A stretch of 64,000 bases of DNA from a virus: IMG/VR virus record IMGVR_UViG_3300020419_000004, one strand, 5' to 3'. Under the pieces are notes generated by a model. That model made no database searches. It saw only the letters and a list, made by a program, of their open reading frames with translations, and was not told where the DNA came from. The position numbers were made by a program, and so were the translations under genes. Below, in pieces: positions 63,828-64,000 of the stretch; the stretch's first letter is position 1; each line of letters begins with the position of its first letter.

Positions 63828-64000
63828 ATGACAACTCTTTCAAGACAAGGTAAACAACAAGGTTTACTAGCAGGCTGGCCTCAGTTCTGCGAATGGGTGA
63901 CATCAACAGAAAACAGAATTTATGTTGGATGGTTCGGTGTACTCATGATCCCATGCTTACTCGCAGCAGCAGCATGTTTCGTAGTTGCTTTCATAGCAGC
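63828..64000 (+). CDS. psbA: Photosystem II D1 protein (3'-truncated by window edge)
   Basis: [45 protein letters not shown]. Confidence 0.98.
   Translation, partial: MTTLSRQGKQQGLLAGWPQFCEWVTSTENRIYVGWFGVLMIPCLLAAAACFVVAFIA

Noticed and set aside
1-64000. tRNA, rRNA, CRISPR array, transposase or integrase
   Set aside because: None recognised by eye in the few intergenic gaps; tRNAscan-SE and CRISPR finders were not run

Overview
This 64-kb window is the core of a T4-like cyanomyovirus genome (Kyanoviridae). The AT-rich sequence, the psbA N-terminus and the hli/ho1 content resemble P-SSM2-type Prochlorococcus phages. Gene order is: packaging/head/tail module (gp17-gp23, gp3); recombination and late transcription (uvsY, uvsW, gp55, gp47, gp46); an early peptidase-VWA/CobS pair; the replisome (gp45, gp44, dam, gp62, regA, hsp20, gp43, uvsX, gp41, mazG); a probably late block (nuclease-like, ligase-like, cytidylyltransferase-like, internal-head-like and Ig-domain proteins); primase and nrdAB; a microprotein/riboswitch region; a halogenase-like gene; a convergent cluster of membrane or exported proteins; and a photosynthesis block (four hli, ho1, start of psbA). 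About thirteen 2OG-Fe(II)/beta-hydroxylase-type genes are inserted between core genes. The strongest unexplained signals are: (1) a complete dnaX-type -1 frameshift cassette at 40065-40126 that would add a Cys/His domain to a putative head protein; (2) tandem glutamine-riboswitch-like aptamers at 51631-51867, the second enclosing a whole 56-codon ORF in its P2 loop, upstream of a DUF4278-like peptide; (3) a nuclease-like + KxDG ligase-like + HxGH nucleotidyltransferase gene trio; (4) a 2OG oxygenase + class III aminotransferase pair; (5) HLR1/RpaB-like boxes over the hli and psbA promoters. All calls come from manual motif reading; no database search or folding program was run.
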